Positions 1-13,664 of a stretch of 64,000 nucleotides of DNA are shown piece after piece; positions within the stretch are counted from its first letter, which is position 1; each line of letters starts with the position of its first letter. A program made the position numbers and the translations under genes. Under the pieces are notes generated by a model, which did no database searches, had not been told where the DNA came from, and worked only from the letters and a program-made list of their open reading frames with translations. The stretch is from Octopus bimaculoides (lineage: Eukaryota). Where the stretch lies: positions 43,964,243-44,028,242 of the forward strand of contig NC_068995.1 of NCBI RefSeq assembly GCF_001194135.2. The letters are read 5' to 3'.

Positions 1-11
1 AAGAGAGAAAT

Positions 12-170
12 CGAACTTGTTTCACTTTCTATCGACCAAATCCATTCACAAGTCTTTGATTCGCCTGAGACTATAGTAGAAAACACTTATCCAAGATGCC
101 ACGCAGGGGAACTGAATCTGCACCCGTGTAGTTGAAAAGCAAACTTCTTACCACACAGCCACGTCTGCGA
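12..170 (-). mobile_element. tRNA-derived SINE family A (CORE-type), head and core only
   Basis: Minus strand GTGGCTGTGTGGTAAGAAG...TTCAGTTCCCCTGCGTGGCATCTTGGATAAGTG.TTCTACTATAG matches the copies at 2711-2875, 14543, 16071 and 26443. CCTTGGGCAAGT-like core motif. Confidence 0.85.
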
Positions 171-552
171 CTATATGTCTATATTTATCTACTGCTTTTT
201 CATGCCGACCGAAAGCTTTATGATTTTGACATATGTTTGTGCTTGGGTTTTTCTTTGAGTTTCTCTTTCTCTCTCTCTCCCTCTCTCCCGACGTATGTAC
301 AATCGAGAGGTTCAAAATACTTCTCAGAGCCCAGAGATATGAGTTGTTTATGCATACTACAGCTGGCATTTCACATCACGTGATTTGAAAATCTGAATGA
401 ATGTGAATAACTAGATATCAACTGCAATAACCATTCTCCCCAGACACATACACACAGAGATGAACCCACCCCCAGGCACACACACACATATATGTATGTA
501 TGTATATACATATATATATATATATTCCGCAGCAGAGTTTTTCCAGCTACAG

Positions 553-1220
553 CGGTGCGGGTTCAGTCTCACTGCGTAGCACCTTGAGCAAGTACCTTCC
601 ACTATAGACTAAATCCTTTTGAGTGGATTTGGTAGACAGAAACGGAAAAAGATTGTCATATATATATATATANNNNNNNNNNNNNNNNNNNNNNNNNNNN
701 NNNNNNNNNNNNNNNNNNNNNNNNNNNNNNNNNNNNNNNNNNNNNNNNNNNNNNNNNNNNNNNNNNNNNNNNNNNNNNNNNNNNNNNNNNNNNNNNNNNN
801 NNNNNNNNNNNNNNNNNNNNNNNNNNNNNNNNNNNNNNNNNNNNNNNNNNNNNNNNNNNNNNNNNNNNNNNNNNNNNNNNNNNNNNNNNNNNNNNNNNNN
901 NNNNNNNNNNNNNNNNNNNNNNNNNNNNNNNNNNNNNNNNNNNNNNNNNNNNNNNNNNNNNNNNNNNNNNNNNNNNNNNNNNNNNNNNNNNNNNNNNNNN
1001 NNNNNNNNNNNNNNNNNNNNNNNNNNNNNNNNNNNNNNNNNNNNNNNNNNNNNNNNNNNNNNNNNNNNNNNNNNNNNNNNNNNNNNNNNNNNNNNNNNNN
1101 NNNNNNNNNNNNAAGTATAAGGCTTGAGACAAATGTATTGGTGTCGATTTGTTCGACTAAAACCCTTCAAGGCGGTGCCCCAGTATGGCCGCTGTCTAAT
1201 GACTGAAACAAGGAAAAAGA
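553..1220 (+). mobile_element. SINE family A head/core + (TA)n + assembly gap + family B 3' tail; probably one composite SINE
   Basis: 553-660 matches the family A core. 1140-1220 (GTCGATTTGTTCGACTAAAA...GGCGGTGCCCCAGTATGGCCGC...ATGACTGAAACAAG) matches the tail of the 2426-2875 copy in the same orientation. Confidence 0.7.
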
Positions 1221-2425
1221 ATGAAATTATAAAGAAATGAAAGAGTCTGCTGCAGCGCATCACATTTCGCCCACACATAAACCCCACAATCTTTGGGGTT
1301 TTTTTGCTTTTCAACATTCAACGCACGTTTCTATATTTAGTAGGCTGTTACGTTTATTTCGATTTTTATTTTGGTACTCTTCGGTTTCATAAATTTTTCA
1401 TGGAATCTCATCACTCATCCCTGTTTCTATCGTTTCTTCTGTTTCTTTGTTTTTTTTTTGTTTTTTTTCGCTCTTTCCTTTTCTGATGTTTTGCATGCAA
1501 GTTTTAATCGTGTTTCGTTTTTCTGCCATATCTTCTTTTGTTATATGATTCTAGTGTTAATTCCTTATTGTGTAAATGTTCATACTTGTTTCGTATTTCC
1601 ACATTATATGCTGTTTGTATTCTGTCAATTTTAACAAGTTTAAATTTAATTGTCCTCGTCTTTTATCCATTTTCATTTTCTTAAATTTGATTTGTAACTT
1701 AATTATCAACGGACTTATTGTCTCAATTGATATCTGCTTCTCAGTCTGTTTTCGCAATACTGCGCAGGCTTTTCTATTTCTTATTTTCCAAGCCCATTAT
1801 TCAGAAATTTAATATTCATTATCCTTTATTTATTCACTATCCTTTATCTATTTATTTATTTATGTATTTATTTATTATTGCTTTCTTTCATTCGTATTTT
1901 CAATATTCTCATCTGACAAGTTGTATTATTTGTTCGAATATACATGGTTTTCCCTCTTTCTCTTTGTCCTATTCTTTCTAACATTCTTCATTATTCGTTC
2001 AATTTAATCTCTTTTGCTTTTCTGCTCCCAACTACTTAATTCGTACAAAGAGCAATCATTTCTCTTCACATGCAAATAGCAATACGGCTCTAGGTATCTC
2101 ACCTACAATTTCTAGGGAATCTTTAAATCCCTAAAAAGTAACCAAAATTAATTCACCTGAATCCAAATATTCAGCGTTCTTTGAGATGTTGTGGCAATGT
2201 CCTTAGTGCAAAATTAAGTCATTGATTTCAGCCTTTTTAAATCTTCGCAAATCTGAAGATGTAAATATCCAAGTTAACCCTTTGTGTAAAATAACAGAAC
2301 GATGAATTTACGGTTTGATCAATGTATAAATCTACCTTGTTGCATCATGAACAGTATATATAACGGTTATTTTAGACATTCGTAATTCATAATCAAATAA
2401 CAAATTAATTTCCAACTGTATATAT

Positions 2426-2656
2426 CTTTTACTTTTTTACTCTTTTACTTGTTTCAGTCATTTGACTGCGGCCTTCCTGGAGTACCACCTTGAGTCGAGC
2501 AAATCGACGCCCAGGACTTATTCTTTGGAAGCCTAGTAGTTATTCTATCGTTTTATTTTGCCGAACCGCTAAGTTACGGGGACGTAAACACACCAGCATC
2601 GGTTGTCAAGCGATGTTGAGGGAACAAACACAGACGCACAAACATATACACACACA

Positions 2657-2712
<56 letters not shown>

Positions 2713-2875
2713 CGACTAGTTTCTTTCAGTTTTCGTCTACCAAATTCACTCACAAGACTTTGGTCGGCCCGAGGCTATAGTAGAAGACACTTGCTCAAGG
2801 TGCCACGCAGTGGGACTGAACACGGAACCATGTGGTTGGTAAGCAAGCTACTTACCACACAGCCACTCCTGCGCC
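2426..2875 (-). mobile_element. Full-length composite SINE: tRNA-like head, CORE-like core, internal (TA)n/(TG)n, 3' tail ending in GTAAAA-type repeats
   Basis: Minus strand starts GGCGCAGGAGTGGCTGTGTGG and has B-box-like GTTCAGTCC, core CCTTGAGCAAGTGTCTTCTACTATAGCC, microsatellite ~2640-2710, and tail ...GACTGAAACAAGTAAAAGAGTAAAAAAGTAAAAG. Same architecture at 50696-51063. Confidence 0.9.
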
Positions 2876-3656
2876 TACACATATTTAATATATAGCACTG
2901 AAAAACTAAAGGAGTTCTTACCTTAGCCTCCTATTGCTGGTTAACAGTCGAATGTCTCCATTTATATCTAAAACTTTACCGGTATCCTCGATGAATTTTC
3001 CTAAAACAGCTTCAAACAAATGCAACGGATTTTCGAATGTAATTTTATTTCCGTTATATCTCTTGCCACCAATCCCCTCCTTTTTCATGTTATTCCCATT
3101 ATTAAGCTTTAAAATTTCCGCCTCTCTACAAATATCCAGCGATTGCCGCTTTTGTTTCTTTTATCGATTATTCCTCTTGCCTCATCCCACTAACAACTGT
3201 TTCCTTCAATCATTCTTTTTAACTAAAATAACTGAGTTTTGCATCTTTGAAGAACTATTCTCACTGTGAAACGTATTAGCATCGTATAAGATATCACTCT
3301 TAATACAATATACGCGCATTACTCAAATTAAATGCAACATGGTTGTATTGTGAACTTTCCTCTGCAGTAGATCCTCACACAATGTGACGATCTGCTAAAG
3401 GGCGAAACTTCGAAGTCTGACTCAAATTCCATTTCGTGTGCATAAAATGCCCTAACAATAATTCCTTTGTTTATTTCTGTAACTCGAAGTGTTATTAAGA
3501 CTTTTATGAACAAACTCTAAGAGTTAAGAAAAAATAAATAGCTACGCTCTACATTCCACATATAACGACTCCTTTCTGTTAATTCTGCACTTCCTATTCA
3601 TATGATTAGCTATATCTATATACCTATGTATGTATGTATGTATGTATATCTATATA

Positions 3657-3703
<47 letters not shown>

Positions 3704-3705
<2 letters not shown>

Positions 3706-3995
3706 GGAGGCACAATGGCGGTTGGAGGATCGCAGTTTCGATTCCCAGACCGGGCGTTGTGTGTGTTTATTGAGTGAAAACATCTAAAGCTCCACGAGGC
3801 TCCGGCAGGAGGTGGTGGCGACCCCTGTTGTACTCTTTCGCCCCAACTTTCTCTCACTCTTTCTTCCTGTTTCTTGAGTAACGCTGCGATGTACTGTACT
3901 GGCGTCCTGTCCAGCTGGGGGGAACACATACGCCATAGAAACCGGGAAACCGGGCCCATGAGCCTGGCTAGGCTTTGAAAGGGCGAAAAGAAAGA
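3704..3995 (+). mobile_element. SINE family C variant: C head/core with an alternative 3' tail
   Basis: Matches the 36789 copy up to TTCCTGTTTCT (~3873), with a deletion in the A-box region, then diverges into ...CTGCGATG...CTGGCGTCCTGTCCAGCTGGGGGG...GAAACCGGG...GGGCG and an AAAAGAAAGA tail. Confidence 0.85.
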
Positions 3996-6083
3996 TATAT
4001 ATTGTACAAGGGTTTTAGATAGATAGATAGAGAGAGAGCGAGGGAGAGAAAGAAAGACAGACGGACAGAGAGGTATCTTTTCCATCTTATATACTTTTAT
4101 ATTTCACAGTTTTATACATTTTTCCTACCAATTTTCATTTATTTTTTTGCATTTTTGTATTTTAGTCTTTTTATTTTAATTGTCTTATTTGTTATGTTAT
4201 TTACTTTTACCTATTTTCTAATGTTATTTATATGCCTCTATCTAAGTCCCTTCATCTGTACTTTTGTTTTCGTGCAAATAAACGCATTGACACAAACCTT
4301 GAAATACACATATGAAGCAAGATGCCCTTTTGTTTCTACATTCGTATTTGCAACTGTAACCTGTTCGAACATTAAATAAATGTTCAAATGTGAACCTTAA
4401 CTCTCCATTTAAAATTAAGAATTCGTTTTCTTAATTTTAAGAATGTTTTGAAAGATTACCACAAAAACAAAAAACCTTTCAAGATAATTCCAAGAAAATT
4501 AAAATCTTTGAATAGAATTTTTGTGGCTTTTAAAAATTATTGAAAAATTTTAAAGAAGTTTTAAAAAGTACAGTTTTAAAATTAGAATTAAAAATAGCTT
4601 TCCATAAAATGTTCGATAATTTTTTTTTTTTTAAGATTATCTTTTGATAAAACTATCACGCTAAAACACCTTGCAGAGGTTGACAAACTCCATTCTGACA
4701 TAAACTATTTTTAAAAAATCCACATCTAATCCATAATTAGTAATGATAGCAGCTCAGATTGACAATAATCCACCTCGTCAATATTTACTTCTAAAATAAA
4801 TTTCCTATAGCGAGAAACTGATATTCTAATCCGTTTTAACCAAACACGAAAACAATTCCTAAGATACTCGAAAAACAACGAGAATCTTAGCAGTTGTGTA
4901 TTTCTTCATCCTCAATAGATTCCAGCAGATTTGAGCGTGAATATGTTAATCGCTGTTGTATTTTGTCATCCAAAAATATCTCATCCCTTTCCAAAATGTG
5001 CATTCAAAACACATGCGATTTTTCGGTGTAGAACTTTGAGATGCGGTGGTGTTTTGACTTCTGAATCAATGAATCTAACAAGAGTATTGGGAGCACATAA
5101 TCAAAGTTCACTGATATCAATGAAACACGTTTGTTATGGATACTAACCCACTAAGGGTGATGATCTCCTTCTAAGCGTGTATCGTACTTTCATGTGCTGA
5201 AGAGCAAGGGAAAGTGTGATTCGATCTCTGACGAATATTTGGCATTAAGTCTAGAGAGGTACTGCTGATTGTTATTAATGTTTAAGTTCTAGAACCATTC
5301 ATTCACGTTCGAATCAGCCACAATGTATTGTCAATGAATAAATACGTTATTGGTTGGATTCTTGCTGTTTTTCGTGCATCTCATGAATTATTTTCTGTTT
5401 GGCTGACGTCACCACGTTCCATCGAGTAGGTTGTTTGCTGAATTCTATTGTAAATATTATTGTTTATATAGTCAGAGGTCAGACGCGGTAGATTTGATTG
5501 AGGACACACACAATAAGACTGAAACACCGAAGTGTCTAAAGTCCCCTTACACTGGTGAATCGCGTATGTAATGAAACAAATATCTTTTAAAGGTAGTAGA
5601 CGATGTTCTCCGATGAGGAAATACAACTGCAATCGAAATATTCACGAGCGCGTCTGCTAGAACGTGTTGATAATAAAGAGAAACGTTATTGTAAAAAAAC
5701 ATAAAATACATATCTAAGATATATTATAAATCTCTATCAAAGATGTATTACTAACGAACTACTATAACGATTTGCACATGCGTTGCAATTCATTAAAATT
5801 ATGATTGATCTGTATATAACTAGATAAAAAAATCTTTGATATGACAGTAAGAAAAAATTTTCTGTTGCTCATTACACAAGCCACCATTGCCGATTTCATG
5901 TTTTTTTATTTACTTGCTTCGCTTGTACTTTTATATATATATATATATACATCGGAAATCTGCAATTGCTCCTTGCTCCATAACTAGCGTCTCGGTTATG
6001 ACCTTGGAAACCAAGTAATCCGTTGCAGCACTTACCTAGCATACCTAATCGTTTAGATCTACTGTGAACTAACCCCGCATACT

Positions 6084-6138
<55 letters not shown>

Positions 6139-6574
6139 CTTATTCATTTATTCATTTATGTCCAGACTGGTCATGTTGGTCTGGGATCCTGATACGTCCA
6201 CTAGGACTTACTCCACTAAGTTCGTTCGATAGCTGCAGAGCTCTTTCTATTGTATTTGTGGTATATGTATAATTCTTTTTTCTTCTGTTTTATATAGCCG
6301 TAAGCCTTCGTCTGTTATATATGCATAATTCTTTGTCTGTTGTATTTATATGATATCTTGTTTGTTTCTCTCTTAGTATACATTCGCTAACTTTTTCCCA
6401 GTAGCTTTATAACAACACTGGTGCCTCCAAAATCGAGTGGTCTCAATTGTAATGGTGCGAAACCTCTATGATATTTTGGGTCATTGACTGACGGGGAGAT
6501 CTCTGTGCGAATATTCTGTGACAGACAGTGATAGATAGACAGAGACAGACAGACAGATAGACAGACAGACAGAC

Positions 6575-6635
<61 letters not shown>

Positions 6636-7414
6636 CGGAGAAAAGACAGACAGTCAGGCAGACAGCTATTTCCTAGTAGAAATTCTCCTGACAGAGAATG
6701 AAATAATACAATTTTTTCGCTTGGATAAACAGCTTACACATAGTCAGTAATTAAGTGCTATATACATAGTTAAGGGAGAGAATGAAGAAAAAAAATATTC
6801 GTATAAAAATGAGTGAGAGTTGGAGAAGGATGTAATACACGTAGGTATTATTACTTATATTTCTACTGTTATATCACTTTGTTCTTTCTTCTCCCTTCTA
6901 GCTATTTATAGAACTCCTGATTACTGACTATATATAATAGCCTTATCCAAGTGTAAGTTTTTTGTCATTTGATTCTGTCTGGATAATTTCTAATGTGAGA
7001 TTTCTTATGTGTTTTCCTATCTGTAAAATGTAACCCTTAAATACGTGTAATGGTGCATAAATGATACCAAAACTTATTCCCAGTCTTATGATTTAATACT
7101 GCAAATACTAATTTCCAGTATTTCTTCAATCTTGCACATGATTATAAACCAAATTTTATTTCTCCACCCTGAAGATGTCAGCCGAATCTATCCAATATTT
7201 ATTCGCTTCTATTGCTGGTTACCTATTCTGGTAATCTACATTTGCCAACATTATGAAGTAACTTCGAGTCCCGGACACAGCTGTCGGACTTGTAACACCA
7301 TACTTCTCGCTTTAATTTTCTACGTTTTTTGCATTCTGTGTAAATTTGCTCTGTTAATATGTAAAGATCTATACTTGAACGTTCATTGTCTGAAAATTTT
7401 CATCCGTACGTGGT

Positions 7415-7545
7415 CATACGTCCCGACTGGTTCCTGCGCCGGTAGCACGTTAAAAGCACCCACTACACTCTCGGAGTGATTGGCGTTAGGAATGGCATCC
7501 AGCTGTAGAAACATTGCCAGATCAGATTGGATCCTAGTGCGGTGT
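7415..7545 (+). mobile_element. SINE/LINE 3'-tail fragment
   Basis: AAAAGCACCCACTACACTCTCGGAGTGATTGGCGTTAGGAATGGCATCCAGCTGTAGAAAC resembles a retroposon tail I recognise from octopus DNA. Single copy in this window. Confidence 0.5.
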
Positions 7546-9425
7546 CCATAATATAGTATTACATTCATATATCATATGTATATATGTATATATATGTATC
7601 ATAATACAATATCCAAGATCATTTAGAAAGTACTCGTGTTATATATCTATAAATAAATATACAAGCTCCTGTCTCTCTACCTGTCACTCCCAGTTTCCCT
7701 ATCCATTCTGTGTATGTGTCTCCCCCCCCCCACTCTCTCTCTCTCTCTTTCTGACACGTAGACCTATTTTAATCAATTAAATGGCGTTATTTAAAGAGCT
7801 GTAGATAATTATGTTATATTATCCTAGAGTTTCATATTAATGTACGAAAATTAAGTTAGAGCGTCGGTATTGCAAATAAAACCAACAATAAATAGGAATC
7901 CACATTAAAACTGCAGATAAAATGGCTTTAGCTTGTTAATGTTCACAAAAACTGAACACTCTAGAAAACTTACTCATTATTTCTAGTATGTACAGATGAT
8001 CACAACTCTGTATAGACACCTGTGAATATTCCGTGTTTAAACCTTGAACGGTGGGGAAAGATCACATGAATATGTATGCCAAACGGGCCAAAGACGAAAA
8101 GTATCTTTTTTTCATAAGTACAAAGGCTGTAATAATAGCTAGTCTATTGCAGAATAAAATTTGCTATTTCATTATCGGAAAGTGCCGTGAATTATTCACT
8201 TTTCTTTGATGATGGCTGTATTCGAATCACATTTCTGTAACATCAATTGACGATGCCTGCCATTGAAGGGTTAAATATGTAACTTTTAGACAAATGGTGT
8301 ACGAGGATAAACTAGAAAATATTTGCTAAAGGAGTTCTTGTCTCCATCATGCAGTTTCGTATGATAGAAGCTTGTGAGGGTAACGAAAATTGAAATATGT
8401 TTCTATTTTATTAAAACAATATTATCTATACATCGAAAACGTGTAGGAGGCTAGTAACGGAGATACCACCCGAAGGTATTCTTTTAGAAATACGAAAAAG
8501 CAGTACTTATGAATAACAACAACTTTTAGATGAATGATGATGATAACAATTACATTTCCGTCTTCCTCGTAGAAGACAGCTGTAGACTTTGGTAGATGAA
8601 TCTTATCAATCTATGTTCAGGTGACAGAAAGATATTTACGATAAGCAAATTATAGCAAACATAAATACATGTAAGTGTAGACAGCACGACACCAGAAAAT
8701 GGTCATAGAATTGACTGAGAGAAAAGTTCTCTATGTAACTAAGACAATTTCACAGAACTTTACTGTGAAAATAGAAATAGACAAATTCACACGACGCGCA
8801 AGTTATAATTCATCTCGTTGTAGGCGCACAGAGATAGATAAAATAAAGTTGTAAGCAATTGAATTTCGTGCATTGATTTCTTTCTAAGGAAACTACACGA
8901 CGAAGTAGTGGTATTGTTGGGGAAGAGGGACGTGTTATATATTCAAGCAGTAGCATCGTATGGGAAGTACCAATCAACTACCTAGCTACCGCCACTTGCG
9001 AAGTAAATGCAATCTGAAGATATCAGCATATCAAAGGGACATTATAATAAGGAGAGATATTGAAATCAATACGGTAATTGTATTAGAGCGATAACAATAT
9101 ATATATATATATATATAAGCTGATGAATTACATTAATATATTCACTATAAATTTCTTGTAACGAATGACCCTACTCCAAACTTTATATATTGCTTTCATC
9201 TCACTGTAGGACACCAAACACACACACACACACTTATATTCCTGCCTATGTATGTGTGTGTGTGCACAAGTGTGTACGAATATATGTATTATGTTTGTAT
9301 ACATGTATGTATATATATATGTATATATGTATGTATGTATATATATATATATATGTGTGTGTGTGTGGGTGGGTGTGTGTGTGTGTGAGTGTAACAAGTA
9401 TACATGTATTTATGTATATATATGC

Positions 9426-9473
<48 letters not shown>

Positions 9474-9703
9474 ATGAATGTTGTATGTATGTATATATAT
9501 GAATATCTATATAAATGATTGATATACGCATATATCTAAATGCGCGTACAATTATATATAAATATATGTATATATATATACATATNNNNNNNNNNNNNNN
9601 NNNNNNNNNNNNNNNNNNNNNNNNNNNNNNNNNNNNNNNNNNNNNNNNNNNNNNNNNNNNNNNNNNNNNNNNNNNNNNNNNNNNNNNNNNNNNNNNNNNN
9701 NNN

Positions 9704-9772
<69 letters not shown>

Positions 9773-11282
9773 CAGTAATATGTGATATAAGTGACAAGTA
9801 TACAAACAGGAACAATAACAAGCATGGATCTGTGAACAGCCAAGTATATGAAGAAACTATGACCAATATTACAGAGTTAGAAAATAACTAATCATCAATG
9901 ACTGGAAACATTGATTTTGGCGTGAAATTTAATGTTGATTCCGTTAACAGTTTCGTGTTCATAAATCTTTATCAAAAATGAGTTCTCATCGGTGAATTGG
10001 AAGTCGGGGCTACATATATATCTTTCCACGTGTGAAACTCATTCCTACAATTCATAGGAGAATGACGCCCTTTACTGTGGTTTGCCTCCGTTGTCCGGGG
10101 TTTTATAGCTTGTGCGTGTGTCGCTGGATGATGCAGCTTTGTAAACGACATTACTGTACAACAAATAACTTAACTTCCTTCTTGACTTCTGCACCGCCTA
10201 CATGTTCTTCATATACAAAACCACTAACTACAAGCAACTAAGCTGCCTTTCAACGGGATCTTGACATTTTAGGATCGCGGTTTCCCAAATACAGAAAACT
10301 GCCCTCCTAGCGACATATCATAATGTATTTAAGATACGTGAACGACACCCTTCTGCTTCTTCCTCTTCTTGGTTCATTCCCAGTTTTCCTTCTCTAATCA
10401 CTTTCTTTCCTTCCTCGCTTCTCCGTTCAACTGCTTCTCGCCCCTAACACCTTCCTCTCGTTACCATCAAATCTCTCACTTTTTCAGACTAGACTATATT
10501 GGGGTTGTTCTACAAACTAGGACCTAACCCCACCCTATTATAGATTACTGTCACAATATAAGGTATATATGCCCAAGGTGGAACTTGATATTATGCGTGA
10601 TGAGAAAATTAATATAATTAATATAATACTTTACTCCCTTCGAATTTAATTGGACTCTGTAATAGACATTTTAAATTTATGCCGGAAATCAAAGACATTT
10701 ATTATAACTGAGTCGCAGAACCCTGATTTAATTGGCTTACTCGGTGTCAGAATCAATATCGTATCTATATTGTTCAATTCAGCCGTAAAGGATTCTATAT
10801 ATATATATATATATTTTACTTTATGCATATACGCAAATATATGTATATGCGTGTACGTATGTGTATGTAAATAGATACATATATATATATAGACATATAT
10901 ATATATATACATATAAACATATATATATAGAGAGAGAGACATATATANNNNNNNNNNNNNNNNNNNNNNNNNNNNNNNNNNNNNNNNNNNNNNNNNNNNN
11001 NNNNNNNNNNNNNNNNNNNNNNNNNNNNNNNNNNNNNNNNNNNNNNNNNNNNNNNNNNNNNNNNNNNNNNNNNNNNNNNNNNNNNNNNNNNNNNNNNNNN
11101 NNNNNNNNNNNNNNNNNNNNNNNNNNNNNNNNNNNNNNNNNNNNNNNNNNNNNNNNNNNNNNNNNNNNNNNNNNNNNNNNNNNNNNNNNNNNNNNNNNNN
11201 NNNNNNNNNNNNNNNNNNNNNNNNNNNNNNNNNNNNNNNNNNNNNNNNNNNNNNNTATACATATATACATATATATATATAT

Positions 11283-11343
<61 letters not shown>

Positions 11344-11345
<2 letters not shown>

Positions 11346-11830
11346 CAGGGTGGGGCAAAAGTAGTGCCCCAACTTTATGTCTCCCAATTATATGTGTCTA
11401 TTACTTCTGTAGTTTTTGGATGCACGCTGTTATTATTTCTATGTCATTGATTATGTGTATGTCATTGATCATTTGACGTGTCGAATTTTTGTGAGAGAAC
11501 GCTGGTAGACGCCAGAGATTCCAGATTTTTCGATCGACCCCTTTTCTCTGACGAAGCGACCTTCCACGTTTCCGGTCACATCAACTGCCCAAACTGCTTC
11601 TACTAGTCAGAAGATGATCCTGAAATAGCTTGTGAAAAGCACAATTCACTTTCTCTTGTCATTTGGGCGGCAATATCGTCTTCAGGAATTTGTGCATTCC
11701 CATATTCAACAAGAGACGATGAATGGTGATCGTTACCTGGTGTTGTGTATGAACATCATCTGGCCGTATTTTTGATACCGTCATTCCAAAATGTTTGTGC
11801 AAGATGGAGTCCGCCTCATTGTGGTACAGC
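11344..11830 (+). mobile_element. Degenerate Tc1/mariner-superfamily transposon (rosa/DD41D-like transposase remnant)
   Basis: TA+CAGGGTG terminus at 11344. Translation LFSDEATFHVSGHINCPNCFY*SEDDP...VIWAAISSSG, then frameshift ETMNGDRYL...QDG-PPH: first and second catalytic Asp motifs, with stops and frameshifts. Confidence 0.8.
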
Positions 11831-12259
11831 ACCTACGAAATCGTTATGCTGAGTAGAATTCCATACAGAATTACTTCGTCCATTCAATATGCATTTATGA
11901 ATCGCTTCAAATGTTAATCTCTGTTTACAAAGGAGGACCCCCACGTGCTACTAAGTCCGTGCTTAACAGGTGAACCCGGAAAGCATACACCATTTGTGAC
12001 TTTTCATTGACTTCATGCCGATTTTGTTTGTTTTCTACTATTTCACTTAGTGTTCTGTTTCTTGCATTGTATTTCTGGCTTGTTAGGTGATGGAAGATGT
12101 AATCAATACTATGGAATACTCTGCAGCCTATAAACAGTCAAAAGACGGTGACAACATCAGCATAGCAGATGCTTCTGGTTCGCTAATATATTTACTTTTA
12201 CTTGTTTCAAACAGGATCTGTGATCATGCTGGAGCAATTAATTAAACTTGTTCATCCAG

Positions 12260-12365
12260 TGCCAAGGTGTGCCAAGGTTTGCCAAGGTTTACCAAGGTTT
12301 GTAAAATATGTATCAAGGTATACCCAGTCTTATCAAGGTTGCCAAATGTTTACCAATGTTTTCCA
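12260..12365. repeat. Degenerate 10-bp minisatellite (GCCAAGGTTT)n
   Basis: GCCAAGGTGT GCCAAGGTTT GCCAAGGTTT ACCAAGGTTT ... ATCAAGGTT GCCAAATGTT TACCAATGTT. Confidence 0.8.
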
Positions 12366-12399
12366 AACGATCACCCATCTGAATATTATTGAGGTTCGA

Positions 12400-13200
12400 T
12401 ATTACTTAACTTTGGTAATCGGAAGTGTACCGCTGCTTTCAGAGTGATATGGTTTTATGCATGAATTTATAATCTATTTAAAGAATTTCGTTCCGCCTTG
12501 AACTTGCTTTTTTATGGAATCTAAATTTGCTAACTCGGAGTAAATCAGAAAACAAGGGTCCCGTGGTAACACCAATGTAGTGACAATTGTTCCTCAAGCT
12601 CTTTCTTTGCATTGAGCCAATAATTACTACCGTATTATTTTGTCGTGTCGCACTTCCGTTCCAGTTTTAGGATATGGATTATCTCCCTTGTATACTTGAT
12701 CACCCAAATGTGATTTCTCTTTTCTTAAATATAGTTTTCCTTTTTAATACTTGTGATAATGTGAGATCACAACGATACTTATACTTTGCTATTCATTGAC
12801 AATGTTTCTATTTTGAACTTTATTCCAACATGACAGCCTGAAGAACTGTGTGGCTCACTTGAAAGAAAATTTCTAGTAGAGGCCAATGTTAGTTCCAGTC
12901 AATCATATCTTTAGAACTGTTTTCCAGTACACTGTCAGTAATTCTATATTATCCAATATGTTGGCGGCGGTCGTTTTGCTCACGCTCAATGTAAGATACT
13001 TGTTGAACTTCAGATATTTCTGGTGAAAACTTACAGCAGCTTTCCTTGTATTTCTTTTCAATGACCAGTCTTTCAACTCAATGTTTTGTACCTGTCTCCA
13101 AATATCATCCAAAACCACATATGAAAGAGATTTAGTATTTATATTTTCTTCCAGCCAAAGTTTGGATACGAGATGAAATATATTTAGTGACAATGGCCAT
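12400..13200 (-). mobile_element. Degenerate Penelope-like element (RT C-terminal linker + GIY-YIG endonuclease remnant)
   Basis: Minus-strand fragments KRNTRK...FNKYLTLSVSKTTAA (cf. WFNPPYS.NVKTNI), KIF...SGC, NNCHYIGVTTGP (YIG motif) and IKPYHSES (cf. KPY...KRCNLC) occur in the expected order, with frameshifts. Confidence 0.5.
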
Positions 13201-13490
13201 ACGCATGAACTGTGATCTACTCGTATTTTCAGTGATATTACTGTCTAGATCTACATCGCTGTTGCTATTGATGTTGTTCTTATTGTAGTAGGTATCGATA
13301 TTTCGGGTTTTGTTTATGGCAATATCGTTAACCCATGTTGATTTGGGCGATTTATAAGATTCGGTTTTATTTGATAATCTGTTTAACTCGAAGATATTTT
13401 AAGTTGTGGCCTGGTTCGGTACGTTTTACGTTTATGTCAGAACACTATAGAAGCCAAGTTCAAACCCAAAGCACTGAAATAGTACATGCA

Positions 13491-13529
<39 letters not shown>

Positions 13530-13594
13530 TATATATACACATACATACATATAAACAAATATATATATACATGTATATATATGTATGTATATCT

Positions 13595-13661
<67 letters not shown>

Positions 13662-13664
<3 letters not shown>

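Noticed and set aside
6031-6062. Strong minus-strand donor AG|GTAAGT
   Set aside because: No convincing acceptor or open frame upstream; it abuts a TA tract.
12835-12870. CTGAAGA...CACTTGAAA on the plus strand
   Set aside because: Stems I and III do not pair; it is antisense to the Penelope coding remnant and likely chance.
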